Shown: positions 9,682-20,960, counted from the stretch's first letter. The stretch is 64,000 nt of DNA from Candidatus Firestoneibacteriota bacterium (GCA_026388015.1 JAPLKO010000047.1:108424-172423); one strand, 5' to 3'. Numbers and translations are program-made. Notes: a model not told the origin generated them from the sequence alone.

Positions 9682-9738
9682 TAAAGTTACGAGAAAAAGC
9701 TATTGCTGAGCCTCCGCGCCTCTGTTCGCTGCGCATCT
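9682..9738. repeat. Dispersed intergenic element A, copy 1
   Basis: TAAAGTTACGAGAAAA...GCCTCYGCGCCTC...GCGCATCT, shared with 57195-57254. Confidence 0.65.
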
Positions 9739-9741
9739 TCT

Positions 9742-11100
9742 TTAAAATACTATATTCAGCACATCTCTTATATACTTCGCGCCTTCTACTTTTATTTTAT
9801 CTTTTATAATCAGTCCGTTCATATTAGACTGGGGGACGATGCACCTGGTAAAGCCAAGACGCACGGCTTCTTTAATTCTTTCCGTGACCTGAGATACTGC
9901 GCGAATCTCTCCTCCAAGTCCCACCTCGCCAAAACATACGGTTTTGGGCTCTGTCGGCACATCCCTGATACTCGAAGCTATAGCTACGATGACTCCGAGA
10001 TCGGCAGCGGGCTCATCTACAGAAACTCCGCCGGCAACATTCACAAAAATATCCTGATTGGCAAGATTAAAACCGCCTCGCTTTTCCAAAACGGCTGCAA
10101 GAAGCGTGAACCTGTTATAATCCAAGCCGCTGGCTCTTCTTTGAGGCATACCAAAGTAGGACGGAGAAACAAGCGCCTGAATCTCAACCAGAAAAGGCCT
10201 GGTACCTTCCATTGCGGCAATTATCACTGAGCCTGAAGTTTCGGCAGTGCGCTCTGCGAGAAAAAGAGCCGAGGGGTTTTCAACTTCCTTTAATCCGCCT
10301 TCTCCCATTTCAAATACTGCTATTTCATTGGCAGGACCAAACCTGTTTTTGTAGGATCTCAGCAGTCTAAAGTTATGGTTTTTATCACCTTCAAAGTAAA
10401 GTACTGTATCTACAAGATGTTCCAGAACTCTCGGTCCGGCAATAGCGCCGTCTTTGGTGACATGGCCCACCAGGAATATAGATACGCCGCTTCCTTTGCT
10501 TATGTACATAAGTTTTGTTGCATTCTCCCTGACCTGAGAAACACTCCCCGGAGCAGAAGGAATATCTTCGTTAAATATAGTCTGAATAGAGTCTATAATT
10601 ACAACCTTAGGTTTTGTTTCATAAATATGCTTCTCTATTACTTTAATATTTGTTTCCGAAACAAGAAATATATTTTTTGAGATAGCTTTCAAACGGGTTG
10701 CTCTCATCTTGATCTGAGAAATTGACTCTTCGCCGGATATATATAGTACAGAGCCGTACTTCTTACTGAGTTCGTTGCACATCTGAAGAACAAGAGTGGA
10801 TTTTCCGATTCCGGGCTCGCCTCCGATAAGAACCAGAGAGCCGATTACCAGCCCCCCGCCCAGCACCTTATTCAGTTCATTTATCCCGGTATTATACCTG
10901 TCTTCCTCTCTTGCTTCTATATCCGTAATTGCGGACACTTTACTGGTCTTCCCCGCTTCAAAGGTGTACTTTTGACTCTTTTCAGTCACGCTCTTCTCTT
11001 CAACAAAAGAGCTCCAGCTGTTACACTCCGGGCACTTTCCGAGCCAGCGAGCCGATTCATAGCCGCAGTGCTGGCAGACGTACTTTATTTTAGATTTCAT
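9742..11100 (-). CDS. radA: DNA repair protein RadA/Sms
   Basis: CQHCG...WLGKCPEC zinc finger, GGEPGIGKSTL, KNRFG motif, Lon-like C-terminus. Confidence 0.97.
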   Translation of the reverse strand: MKSKIKYVCQHCGYESARWLGKCPECNSWSSFVEEKSVTEKSQKYTFEAGKTSKVSAITDIEAREEDRYNTGINELNKVLGGGLVIGSLVLIGGEPGIGKSTLVLQMCNELSKKYGSVLYISGEESISQIKMRATRLKAISKNIFLVSETNIKVIEKHIYETKPKVVIIDSIQTIFNEDIPSAPGSVSQVRENATKLMYISKGSGVSIFLVGHVTKDGAIAGPRVLEHLVDTVLYFEGDKNHNFRLLRSYKNRFGPANEIAVFEMGEGGLKEVENPSALFLAERTAETSGSVIIAAMEGTRPFLVEIQALVSPSYFGMPQRRASGLDYNRFTLLAAVLEKRGGFNLANQDIFVNVAGGVSVDEPAADLGVIVAIASSIRDVPTEPKTVCFGEVGLGGEIRAVSQVTERIKEAVRLGFTRCIVPQSNMNGLIIKDKIKVEGAKYIRDVLNIVF

Positions 11101-11165
11101 TTTATCTTCCTTAATCTTATATTTTTTACTGTATTTTCACTTTTCTCACTTTAACAGCTTCTTAA

Positions 11166-12068
11166 TCATTTTTTCCAAAGTATTTTCCACGGGTTATCTT
11201 TTACGTCTTTAATAAAACTCCTCAAATCTTCTGCCATTTTTTTATCATTTATAAGGACTGCAAGCGTGCCGTCTCCTTTATCCACTTTTTTTGCGGCGGA
11301 ATCAAGAGAAGATATGGTTTCATCGAGCTTTACAGAGACTTTGTTGAAGTTCTCCATAGTCTTCGGCAAATCTGCTTTATTCACGTCTTTGATTATCGTA
11401 TTTAATTGGGCAGTCAATTCCTGCAGATTTTTTGTCGCTTGCGCAAGTTCGGAAGATGTTTTTTCAAAATTATCTACAGATCTTGTTATAGCAGGAGTGC
11501 TTTTTTCTACAATATTTCTTGTTGCCTTTGTAAGTTCATTAACATTTTGAACAGAACCAACAAGTGAACTTTCAACGCCGCTTACTATCTTATTTAGCGC
11601 ACCGAGCACTTCTTTTAACTCTGCCGAGGCTCTTGACATGCTTTCCAGCGCGGAATCTATACCCCCGGAACTTTTGCCGTATATTCTTTGCCCGGCCTCA
11701 AGATACGGCGCATTTCCGGTTCCACCGGAGATATTTACGAATTTTTCACCCATTACACCGGTTGAAGATATTGAGATGTAGCTGTCATTTCTTATTTTAA
11801 ATCCTTTCATTATAAAAAGTTCCACATTGTTTCTTATTACGTTATTATCTTCAATAAGTGTAAGCGAACTTACGTTACCTATGTTCACCCCTCCGCCGTA
11901 TTTCACCTTAGAGCGAGCCTTTAGGTCCGGAGCTGAATCAAACACAACATTGATTTTATAACCCTGACGAAAAAAAGTAAATCCGCCGATATATATTGTC
12001 CCTGCAAGAAGTATTCCCGCTGCAACAATGGTAAATATTCCCACTTTCACTTCATTTGATAAAGACAT
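11166..12068 (-). CDS. mlaD: MCE/MlaD family protein
   Basis: EVKVGIF N-terminal TM, MCE domain (GVMGEKFVNI), long helical tail; follows mlaE/mlaF. Confidence 0.85.
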   Translation of the reverse strand: MSLSNEVKVGIFTIVAAGILLAGTIYIGGFTFFRQGYKINVVFDSAPDLKARSKVKYGGGVNIGNVSSLTLIEDNNVIRNNVELFIMKGFKIRNDSYISISSTGVMGEKFVNISGGTGNAPYLEAGQRIYGKSSGGIDSALESMSRASAELKEVLGALNKIVSGVESSLVGSVQNVNELTKATRNIVEKSTPAITRSVDNFEKTSSELAQATKNLQELTAQLNTIIKDVNKADLPKTMENFNKVSVKLDETISSLDSAAKKVDKGDGTLAVLINDKKMAEDLRSFIKDVKDNPWKILWKK

Positions 12069-12087
12069 ACTCCCTCCCCGAAAAAGA

Positions 12088-12131
12088 TTCCACTTCCGCC
12101 AGTTATATCAGGCGGATCTTTTGATGAGATT
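12088..12131. repeat. Dispersed 44-bp hairpin element B, copy 1
   Basis: TTCCACTTCCGCCAGTTATATCAGGCGGATCTTTTGATGAGATT; 42/44 identical to 28250-28293. Confidence 0.85.
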
Positions 12132-12207
12132 ACCAATACATGTTTCTGTCTATATTTTTATGCCCTACATCTGCTCTTCTTCCCTGCAGCGCTTTCGCAC
12201 CACTGCT

Positions 12208-12957
12208 TTATCCGAGCATTTGTATCGGTCCCTTTGCGCTACCGTTTATAAACTGCTTTACCGTTTCGTCTTTTGTTTTCTTTATCTCGGAAGGCGTACC
12301 CTCGTGAATTATCCTGCCTTCATACATCATAGCTATCTTATCACCTACTAAATAAGCGCTTTTCATATCATGCGTAACGACCACGCTCGTCATCTTCAGC
12401 TTTTTTTGGAGCTCTACTATCAGTTCATTTATAACATCCGACATTATAGGATCCAGACCTGTAGTCGGCTCATCATAAAGCATAATCTCCGGATCCATCG
12501 CAATAGCTCTGGCAAGCCCCACTCTTTTTTTCATGCCGCCGGAAAGCTCCGCCGGTTTTTTATCCTCTACATTTTCCAGACCCACAAGCGCCAGTTTCTC
12601 TTTAACCAATTTTTTTATCTCGGAGGGCCTCTTCCTTGTAAAGCGCGTCAGGGCAAACCCCACGTTTTCCGCAACAGTAAGAGAATCAAAAAGCGCCGCG
12701 CTTTGAAAAAGCATCCCGAAGTGCTTTCTTATATCATCAAGTTCGACGGTATCCATTTTTGCAATATCTCTGTCCTTGACCAGAATCTTTCCTGAATCCG
12801 GTTTTAATAAACCAATCATATGTTTTAGTAGTACACTCTTACCGCAACCGCTTCTGCCTATGATGACAACAGTTTTTTTATCCGGAATCTCAAGAGAAAG
12901 CCCATTCATCACTTTATGTGAACCAAAATGTTTTGAGACGTTAACTATTTTTATCAT
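12208..12957 (-). CDS. mlaF: MlaF-type ABC transporter ATP-binding protein
   Basis: GRSGCGKS, LSGGMKKRVGLARA, YDEPTTGLDP. Confidence 0.92.
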   Translation of the reverse strand: MIKIVNVSKHFGSHKVMNGLSLEIPDKKTVVIIGRSGCGKSVLLKHMIGLLKPDSGKILVKDRDIAKMDTVELDDIRKHFGMLFQSAALFDSLTVAENVGFALTRFTRKRPSEIKKLVKEKLALVGLENVEDKKPAELSGGMKKRVGLARAIAMDPEIMLYDEPTTGLDPIMSDVINELIVELQKKLKMTSVVVTHDMKSAYLVGDKIAMMYEGRIIHEGTPSEIKKTKDETVKQFINGSAKGPIQMLG

Positions 12958-12960
12958 TTT

Positions 12961-13740
12961 TTACCAGAGAAACGCAGTCAAAATATAATCCGTGACCAGA
13001 ATAAGCATAGAAGAGATTACCACTGAAGCAGTCGTTGATTTACCCACGCCTTCAGCCCCGCCTTCGGTTTCAAAACCTTTATGACAGCCGACAACCGCAA
13101 TTATTGCGCCAAAGAAAACTGTTTTAAATATACCTTTAAAAACATCATCCAAACGCATGTACATATTCAGACTTTCGAAGTAACCGCCGGACGTGCCGTC
13201 AAAGATATTTAAACTGATAAAAAGCCCGCCGAGGGTCCCGAGCAGGTCTGCATATATGGTAAGCACCGGCAGCATAACAAGCGCAGCTATAAATCTTGGA
13301 ACCGCCAGGTATTTCACGGGATTGGTCGCCATTGTTTTTAAAGCATCCACCTGTTCCGTAACCGCCATAGTGCCTATCTCCGCAGCTATTGCCGAGCCTA
13401 TTTTTCCCGCCATTACCAAACCTATCAAAACCGGCGCCAGCTCTCTGGTAAGAGCCAGTGAAACAATACCTCCAAGCATATTTGCCGCTCCGGAAATCTT
13501 CCTTTCAATAGCGGTTCCCGTCTGCAAGGCCAGTATCATACCGGTTGAAAGCGAAGTAATAGTCACTACCGCCAGGGATTTGTTCCCTATTATTACCATC
13601 TGTTCAAAAACACTCTTAATTTCCGACGGTTTTTTAAACGTCCAGTAAAACACCTGTCCGAACAAAAGCGTGAGCCTTCCTGCTTCGAAAAGGAATCCCG
13701 TAACTTTTCTGCCTATGTATTCAAAACTATTTTGAATCAA
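12961..13740 (-). CDS. mlaE: MlaE-type ABC transporter permease
   Basis: RELAPV, AAEIGTMAVTEQVDAL, GGAEGVGKSTT motifs. Confidence 0.93.
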   Translation of the reverse strand: MIQNSFEYIGRKVTGFLFEAGRLTLLFGQVFYWTFKKPSEIKSVFEQMVIIGNKSLAVVTITSLSTGMILALQTGTAIERKISGAANMLGGIVSLALTRELAPVLIGLVMAGKIGSAIAAEIGTMAVTEQVDALKTMATNPVKYLAVPRFIAALVMLPVLTIYADLLGTLGGLFISLNIFDGTSGGYFESLNMYMRLDDVFKGIFKTVFFGAIIAVVGCHKGFETEGGAEGVGKSTTASVVISSMLILVTDYILTAFLW

Positions 13741-14108
13741 AATATACCTTTTACCAGCTCTATTTCGTTATTTCCGCCGTTCACCTTTATACCTACCGCG
13801 TCAAACCTTATCTTTTCATTTCCGAGCCTATTAACCGAGATATAATGCGCGGCAGAGCTTTCTATATGTTCCATCTTTTTCTTGCCTATAGTGTCGAAGG
13901 GGGACTCGGCTTTTGCTTTAGCTATTGTCTTTACTTCTATAAAACACCAGATTTTATTTTCTTTTGCAATAATATCTATCTCGCCGTAACGGCATTTAAA
14001 GTTACGGGCTATAATCTCATACCCGTTCTTTTTTAGATAGTTGACGGCTAAAGCTTCACCGCTATCCCCTAGAAGTTTTTTCCAAAACATTTTCTGTGTA
14101 TTCTGCAT
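13737..14108 (-). CDS. yraN: YraN (UPF0102) family putative endonuclease
   Basis: GDSGEALA, RNFKCRYGEIDIIA, FIEVKT, RFDAV; usual position after rnhB. Confidence 0.9.
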   Translation of the reverse strand: MQNTQKMFWKKLLGDSGEALAVNYLKKNGYEIIARNFKCRYGEIDIIAKENKIWCFIEVKTIAKAKAESPFDTIGKKKMEHIESSAAHYISVNRLGNEKIRFDAVGIKVNGGNNEIELVKGIF

Positions 14109-14704
14109 CTGCCGTGTTTCCTTATTGCCGCAATATGTTCCTTTGTCCCGTAACCTTTGTGCCGGGCAAAACCATACATAGGAAATTCCTTATCATACTC
14201 AACCATTATAGCATCTCTTTTTACTTTTGCAATAATGGAAGCGGCGGCAATTAAAAATGATTTGGCATCCCCTCCAATTATTGTCTTTTGCGGTAAAGCG
14301 GTGTCAAGCTCGTACTGTCCATCTATCAAAAGAGTCTCCGGAGAAACAGAAAGGGAGGTCACGGCAAGCTCCATAGCCTTCAAGGAAGCCCGGAGAATAT
14401 TTATCCGGTCTATTTCTTTTTCATCCAGAACTCCAAAAGCAAAAGCATCGGCTTGTTCCATTATTATTACGGATAATTTTTCCCGGAGGGAGGGTTTCAC
14501 TTTTTTTGAATCATTTACACCGAAAAACATTGAAAGGTCTTGCAATTTCTCTTTGCTAAAAACTACTGCGGCGGCAATTACGGGGCCTGCGAGAGGCCCC
14601 CTGCCTACTTCATCAACTCCAGCCAGGATCTTTTTTCCGGATCCAAAGAGGGAGTTTTCAATATTAAGTAATTGTGTTAGACGCTCCTGCTCACTTTGCG
14701 GCAT
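14069..14704 (-). CDS. rnhB: Ribonuclease HII
   Basis: AGVDEVGRGPLAGPV, DSKK, IAAASIIAKVKRD, HKGYGT. Confidence 0.96.
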   Translation of the reverse strand: MPQSEQERLTQLLNIENSLFGSGKKILAGVDEVGRGPLAGPVIAAAVVFSKEKLQDLSMFFGVNDSKKVKPSLREKLSVIIMEQADAFAFGVLDEKEIDRINILRASLKAMELAVTSLSVSPETLLIDGQYELDTALPQKTIIGGDAKSFLIAAASIIAKVKRDAIMVEYDKEFPMYGFARHKGYGTKEHIAAIRKHGRCRIHRKCFGKNF

Positions 14705-15095
14705 CTGCGGTAGCAGCAGCCTTAGGAACCTCTGCCTTGGGTTCTTCCGCCGGAAGAGCCATAAGCGTAAGATCTTCTTTAAGCTTTGAACCTTTGCCCA
14801 CTTTATCTCTAAGATAAAACAGCTTCGCCCTTCTGGTTCTTCCGCTTTTTATTACTTTTACGGTTGCAACAGCGTGGGAATGAAATAAAAACGTCCTTTC
14901 AATAGCTATCCCGCCTGTTACTTTTCTAACTTTAAAAGTTTTATTCAGCCCTTCTCCTCTGATGCTAAGCACCAGACCTTCAAAGGACTGTATTCTTTCC
15001 TTGTCGCCTTCTTTAATGCGAACACCGAGTTTTATCTCGTCCCCGACTCTGAACTCCAGATGATCTTTTCTTTTAAACTTTTCTAACCAATTCAT
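14691..15095 (-). CDS. rplS: 50S ribosomal protein L19
   Basis: FRVGD, ERIQSFEG, RRAKLFYLR; Ala/Pro/Lys-rich tail. Confidence 0.95.
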   Translation of the reverse strand: MNWLEKFKRKDHLEFRVGDEIKLGVRIKEGDKERIQSFEGLVLSIRGEGLNKTFKVRKVTGGIAIERTFLFHSHAVATVKVIKSGRTRRAKLFYLRDKVGKGSKLKEDLTLMALPAEEPKAEVPKAAATADAAK

Positions 15096-15111
15096 TTTAA
15101 CTGTTCCCCCT

Positions 15112-15795
15112 TCAAATATTTGTCTTTTCTTTTAATAAATCCGGTCTTTTCTCTTTTGTAAGTTTTAGCGCTTCTTCGCTTCTCCATTTGGCAATAGCTT
15201 TATGGTTGCCCGAAAGAAGGACCTCCGGTACTTTTTTTCCTTTGTAATCCGCAGGGCGTGTGTAATGCGGGTAATCAAGAAAATCCGCCATAAAAGATTC
15301 GTTTTTGGCAGACTCTTTATTCCCGAGAACCCCGGGGAGAAGCCGCACAACCGCGTCTATAACAACAAGCGCCGGTACTTCTCCGCCGGTCAGGACGAAA
15401 TCTCCGATGGAAACTTCTTCGTCGATATAATCCTTAACCCGCTCGTCAAACCCTTCATAATGCCCGCAAACCAATATCAGATTCTTTTTTTTGGCAAGCT
15501 TGATTGCCATCTTTTGATCAAACTTCTTGCCTGCCGGTGTTAGCAGTATTTTAAAACCTTTTTTCTTTTTTTCTATACTCTTTAAACACTTGGCAATCGG
15601 CTCCACCTTCATAACCATTCCCGCTCCGCCGCCGTACGGCGCGTCATCTGTGGTATTATGTTTATCTTCTGCGTAATCTCTTAAATTATTAACTGTTACT
15701 CTTAACTTCCCTTTTTTGACGGCTCTTTTTAGAATGCTTGAATTAAGCACAGAGTCAAACATTGAAGGAAATATTGTAATTATGTCAACATGCAT
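15112..15795 (-). CDS. trmD: tRNA (guanine37-N1)-methyltransferase
   Basis: DDAPYGGGAGMVM, CGHYEGFDER, SIGDFVLTGGE, YPHYTRP. Confidence 0.97.
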   Translation of the reverse strand: MHVDIITIFPSMFDSVLNSSILKRAVKKGKLRVTVNNLRDYAEDKHNTTDDAPYGGGAGMVMKVEPIAKCLKSIEKKKKGFKILLTPAGKKFDQKMAIKLAKKKNLILVCGHYEGFDERVKDYIDEEVSIGDFVLTGGEVPALVVIDAVVRLLPGVLGNKESAKNESFMADFLDYPHYTRPADYKGKKVPEVLLSGNHKAIAKWRSEEALKLTKEKRPDLLKEKTNI

Positions 15796-16037
15796 TAAGC
15801 TGTTTTGGTATTCTTAAGAAGCTTTAATACGGTGTTAGACGGTTTCGCGCCTTTCTTTACCCAGGCCTCAACCTTGACTCTGTCGATGATCAAACCTTTA
15901 ACCCTGTCAAACGGGTTATAGCTTCCGAGTATTTCAATATTTCTTCCGTCTCTTGGAAAAGTATTTTCGGCAACAACAATTCTATATCTGGGCTTCTTAG
16001 TAGTTCCCGTTCTTACCATTCTGATCACTGTAGACAT
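15795..16037 (-). CDS. rpsP: 30S ribosomal protein S16
   Basis: YRIVVA...RDGRNIEILGSYNP, GAKPSNTV. Confidence 0.95.
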   Translation of the reverse strand: MSTVIRMVRTGTTKKPRYRIVVAENTFPRDGRNIEILGSYNPFDRVKGLIIDRVKVEAWVKKGAKPSNTVLKLLKNTKTA

Positions 16038-16124
16038 TTAATAACTCCTCCCAACTTAAAGAAAATTTACAAATTACAAGTGACAATCCTTAATACATTG
16101 TGTTTTGTCCTTTATAATTTGTCA

Positions 16125-17267
<1,143 letters not shown>

Positions 17268-17522
17268 TTATCTAACCGCAGATAAACAGACGCAGTTTTC
17301 TTGTTTAAGTTATTAATTTCGGAAGTATTACAAACAACTAATTCTAACATAAATAGCAGCGAAAACAAAGATTATTACAAAAACGTCATAATATTTACAG
17401 ATACACATTTACCTATAACTTTTGACGGCGGCATCATCCAATTTTTTCTATAAAAAACAAGTTATCTGTGGTAAAATGTTTATGTTGTTTAAGTAAAACC
17501 CCGGATTTCACGGAGAAAGCCA

Positions 17523-18695
17523 ATGAAAGTGGAGTTACAGACCAGAGAGCAGTTCGAAAAAGCAGAGTACAAATTTCTTGCTCCTTATGCGATGAAAAGC
17601 GGAGATTCTCAAGGCCGTGAACATACTGAGTCTGAGCACAATCTGCGTTCTGCTTTTCAAAGGGACCGGGACAGAATAATTCATTGTAATGCTTTTCGCC
17701 GTCTTGAATATAAAACTCAGGTTTTTGTTATCCACGAGGATGATTATTTCAGAACCCGCTTGACCCACACCATCGAAGTGGCTCAGGTAGCCCGCTCACT
17801 TGCCCGCAATCTCCGGTTAAACGAAGATCTTACTGAAGCAATAGCGCTTGCACACGACCTGGGACATACACCTTTTGGGCATTCAGGAGAGGAAGTATTA
17901 AACAGACTAATGAAAGCTCACGGAAAGTTTGAGCATAATAAGCAGAGTCTCCGAATTGTTACAAAACTGGAAAAACGCTATCCCTCTTTTGACGGTCTGA
18001 ATCTTACTTATGAAGTTATCGACGGATTAGACAAACACAGGTCTGATTATGACCAAACGGAAATTTCAGGCAAGGCCATGACCTCCATGGAAGCTCAAAT
18101 AGTAAATCTTTCCGACGAGATTGCGTATCACACTCACGATCTGGACGACGGGATAAAATCAAAATTAATTAACATAAAGGATTTAAATGAAATAGCCATC
18201 TGCAAAGAACTTTTATGTAAAATAGACGCAAAAGAAGATGAGGTAAGAAGATATGAGCTGGTAAAATTGCTCATTAACTATTTTTGCAGGGATCTGATTA
18301 AACAGACCTTGTTCAATCTGAATAAATACAGTATTAACAGTATCTCCGATGTTGAGAAAGCAAAAAGCAAGATTGTTTCCTTTTCCGGAGAAATGAATAA
18401 AAAGAAAAAAGAGCTCCGGGAGTTTCTGTTTACGAACCTGTACAAACATCACCGGGTGGTAAGAATGGAGGTAAAGCATCAAACTATCCTCGAAGAATTA
18501 TTCGGGAAATATGTCAAATTTTTTGAGCATAACCCCGCTAAGGGGAAATACAGTATGCTGCCTTTAGAAATAAGAAGCAGAGTGTCAAAGGAAGACAGCA
18601 AGTTCAGGGTAATCTGCGACCATATAGCCAATATGACGGACAGATACGCCCTGGACGAACACAAAAAACTATTCGACCCCTCAGAAAAGGTATAA
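17523..18695 (+). CDS. dgt: Deoxyguanosinetriphosphate triphosphohydrolase (HD domain)
   Basis: FQRDRDRI, FRRLEYKTQV, RTRLTH, HDLGHTPFGHSGE. Confidence 0.93.
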   Translation: MKVELQTREQFEKAEYKFLAPYAMKSGDSQGREHTESEHNLRSAFQRDRDRIIHCNAFRRLEYKTQVFVIHEDDYFRTRLTHTIEVAQVARSLARNLRLNEDLTEAIALAHDLGHTPFGHSGEEVLNRLMKAHGKFEHNKQSLRIVTKLEKRYPSFDGLNLTYEVIDGLDKHRSDYDQTEISGKAMTSMEAQIVNLSDEIAYHTHDLDDGIKSKLINIKDLNEIAICKELLCKIDAKEDEVRRYELVKLLINYFCRDLIKQTLFNLNKYSINSISDVEKAKSKIVSFSGEMNKKKKELREFLFTNLYKHHRVVRMEVKHQTILEELFGKYVKFFEHNPAKGKYSMLPLEIRSRVSKEDSKFRVICDHIANMTDRYALDEHKKLFDPSEKV

Positions 18696-18806
18696 GCAAG
18701 ATATTTGCGAATGGCAATTTAAGATCAGGTGTGATGATTTCCGTCAAGCACAACAATAGACACCTCAGTGAAAACTTTTTGAATGCGCTTTTATAAAGGA
18801 GAATAA

Positions 18807-19463
18807 ATGATAGCAAATATAACTGCTGAAACAGCAGGAACAAGCGCAGGTCTTATAGGAAAATTAATAGGGTTTTTGGCAACTTTTATAATTGCAGGTA
18901 TTTCGACTATGGGGTACTCCGGAATAGTTTTAATGATGGCTATAGAGTCGGCGTGTATTCCGCTTCCCTCTGAAATAATAATGCCTTTTTCCGGTTACCT
19001 GGTGGCAAAAGGGCAATTCACTCTTTTTTGGGTTTCTTTTGCAGGGGCTCTTGGCTGTTTAGCCGGTTCCATCCCGACCTATTTTGTCGGTCTCTACGGA
19101 GGCAGGCCGTTGCTTGAGAAGTACGGAAAATATGTCCTTATATCAAAACACGACATGGAAATAGCCGATAAATTCTTCGCGAAGTACGGAGATCTGGCAA
19201 CTTTTATAAGCAGACTTCTTCCGGTTGTACGGACATTTATTTCTCTTCCTTCGGGAATTGCTAGAACTAACTTCCCTAAATTCTGTTTTTATACTTTTAT
19301 CGGCTCTTTTATCTGGTGCTGGTTTTTGGCCTGGATCGGTGTAAAAATGGGAGAGAACTGGAATACTCTCGGCGTTTATTTTCACAGATTTGACGCAGTT
19401 ATCGGCATTATAATCCTTGCCGGAACTGTCTGGTATGTAAGAAGACACCTTAAGCAAAAATGA
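18807..19463 (+). CDS. DedA family membrane protein
   Basis: ESACIPLPSEIIMPFSG, RLLPVVRTFISLPSG. Confidence 0.92.
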   Translation: MIANITAETAGTSAGLIGKLIGFLATFIIAGISTMGYSGIVLMMAIESACIPLPSEIIMPFSGYLVAKGQFTLFWVSFAGALGCLAGSIPTYFVGLYGGRPLLEKYGKYVLISKHDMEIADKFFAKYGDLATFISRLLPVVRTFISLPSGIARTNFPKFCFYTFIGSFIWCWFLAWIGVKMGENWNTLGVYFHRFDAVIGIIILAGTVWYVRRHLKQK

Positions 19464-19559
19464 AAGTACGAAGTACAATATTAGGAGATATCATGCCCCG
19501 CCATATATTGTCATTTGTTGTTCGTAATTTGTAATTATCTTTATACTTAGGAAGGTATT

Positions 19560-20960
19560 ATGATAACTGTACGCTTCGCGCCATCACCTACCGGAAACCT
19601 GCATATAGGAGGGGCTAGAACAGCCCTCTTTAACTATCTTTTTGCCAAGCACACCGGCGGTAAATTCATTTTACGCATAGAAGACACGGACAAGGAAAGA
19701 TCAAAAAAAGAGTACGAAGAGAATATTTTTGCTTCGTTGAAATGGCTGGGAATGCATCACGATGAATTATACCGACAGTCGGAGCGTATGCATATTTACA
19801 AAGATTATGCTTCTAAACTGGCAAAAAGCGAGAACACCTACAAATGCTTCTGTACCAGAGAAGAGCTCGACAAAAAACGACAACTTTTTGAAAAAATGAA
19901 ACGTTCTTACAAGTATGACGGCACCTGTAGAAAACTTAGCCGGGCGAAGGGAGACAAACTCAAAGAGTCAGGAAAACCCTTTGTAGTTCGTTTTAAAATG
20001 CCGGAAGAAGGCGAAACTATTATAAATGATCTAGTCCGGGGTAAAATTACTTTTGACAATAAAGAGCTGGATGATATAATACTTGAACGAACTGACGGAG
20101 TACCCACCTATAATTTCTGTGTTGTTATTGATGATGCTCTTATGAAAATTACACACATTATACGAGGTGAAGACCATATCTCAAATACCCCTCGTCAAAT
20201 CCAGCTCTACAAAGCACTCGGGTTTGAACTTCCGGAATTTGCCCATATCCCGCTGATACTCGGCTCTGATAAGACCAGGCTGTCAAAAAGAGCCGGGGCG
20301 GCTGCAGTCACAGAATATGAAGATGATGGTTATATTCCCGAAGCTGTAATTAATTTTTTGGCACTTCTTGGTTGTTCCTACAGTCCGACAGAAGAGATCT
20401 TTCCTTTAGGCGAGCTAATTAAAAGGTTTAATCTGCCTCACGTTAATAAGAGCGCAGCGATATTTGACTTTACCAAATTGGACTATCTAAACGGTTATTA
20501 CATCAGGCAGAAAACAGAAGCAGAAATTGCAGCTTTAGTAAGGCCTTTCTTAATTAAAGCAGGGATTACACCGGGTGAAGAACTCCTTCTGAAAGTTGTG
20601 AAACTTGAAAAAGGCCGCCTAAAGAAGCTGACGGATATTTTGGATTCAAAATATTTTTTCAAAGAGGTAAAAGAATACGACACCGCCGGTTTTGAAAAAT
20701 ATTTTAAAGACCCGGTCAAAATTGCATTATTAGAAATCTACCGGAAAGAGGCAGAAGGGGTTTCCTTTGAAGCCACAAATCTTGAAGTTTTTACCAAAAG
20801 TTTTGCCGAAAAAAACGGGAAGAAACTCGGAGAACTGGTTCACCCCGTCCGCCTGGCGTTAACAGGAAAACTTATATCCCCCGGACTCTTTGAAGTAATG
20901 GAAACCCTTGGAAAAGAACTTTGCCTGAAGAGATTAGAAGCTGTTATTTCTTTAAAATAA
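19560..20960 (+). CDS. gltX: Glutamate--tRNA ligase
   Basis: RFAPSPTGNLHIGG (HIGH), RIEDTD, RGEDH, RLSKR (KMSKS equivalent). Confidence 0.97.
   Translation: MITVRFAPSPTGNLHIGGARTALFNYLFAKHTGGKFILRIEDTDKERSKKEYEENIFASLKWLGMHHDELYRQSERMHIYKDYASKLAKSENTYKCFCTREELDKKRQLFEKMKRSYKYDGTCRKLSRAKGDKLKESGKPFVVRFKMPEEGETIINDLVRGKITFDNKELDDIILERTDGVPTYNFCVVIDDALMKITHIIRGEDHISNTPRQIQLYKALGFELPEFAHIPLILGSDKTRLSKRAGAAAVTEYEDDGYIPEAVINFLALLGCSYSPTEEIFPLGELIKRFNLPHVNKSAAIFDFTKLDYLNGYYIRQKTEAEIAALVRPFLIKAGITPGEELLLKVVKLEKGRLKKLTDILDSKYFFKEVKEYDTAGFEKYFKDPVKIALLEIYRKEAEGVSFEATNLEVFTKSFAEKNGKKLGELVHPVRLALTGKLISPGLFEVMETLGKELCLKRLEAVISLK

Noticed and set aside
17523-18695. dGTPase as an anti-phage defence gene
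   Set aside because: Ordinary short Dgt in a housekeeping context, with no defence-island neighbours.
18696-18806. Possible fluoride or Mn riboswitch upstream of dedA (AGGTGT...ACACCT)
   Set aside because: Only a 6-bp complement; core consensus nucleotides are absent.
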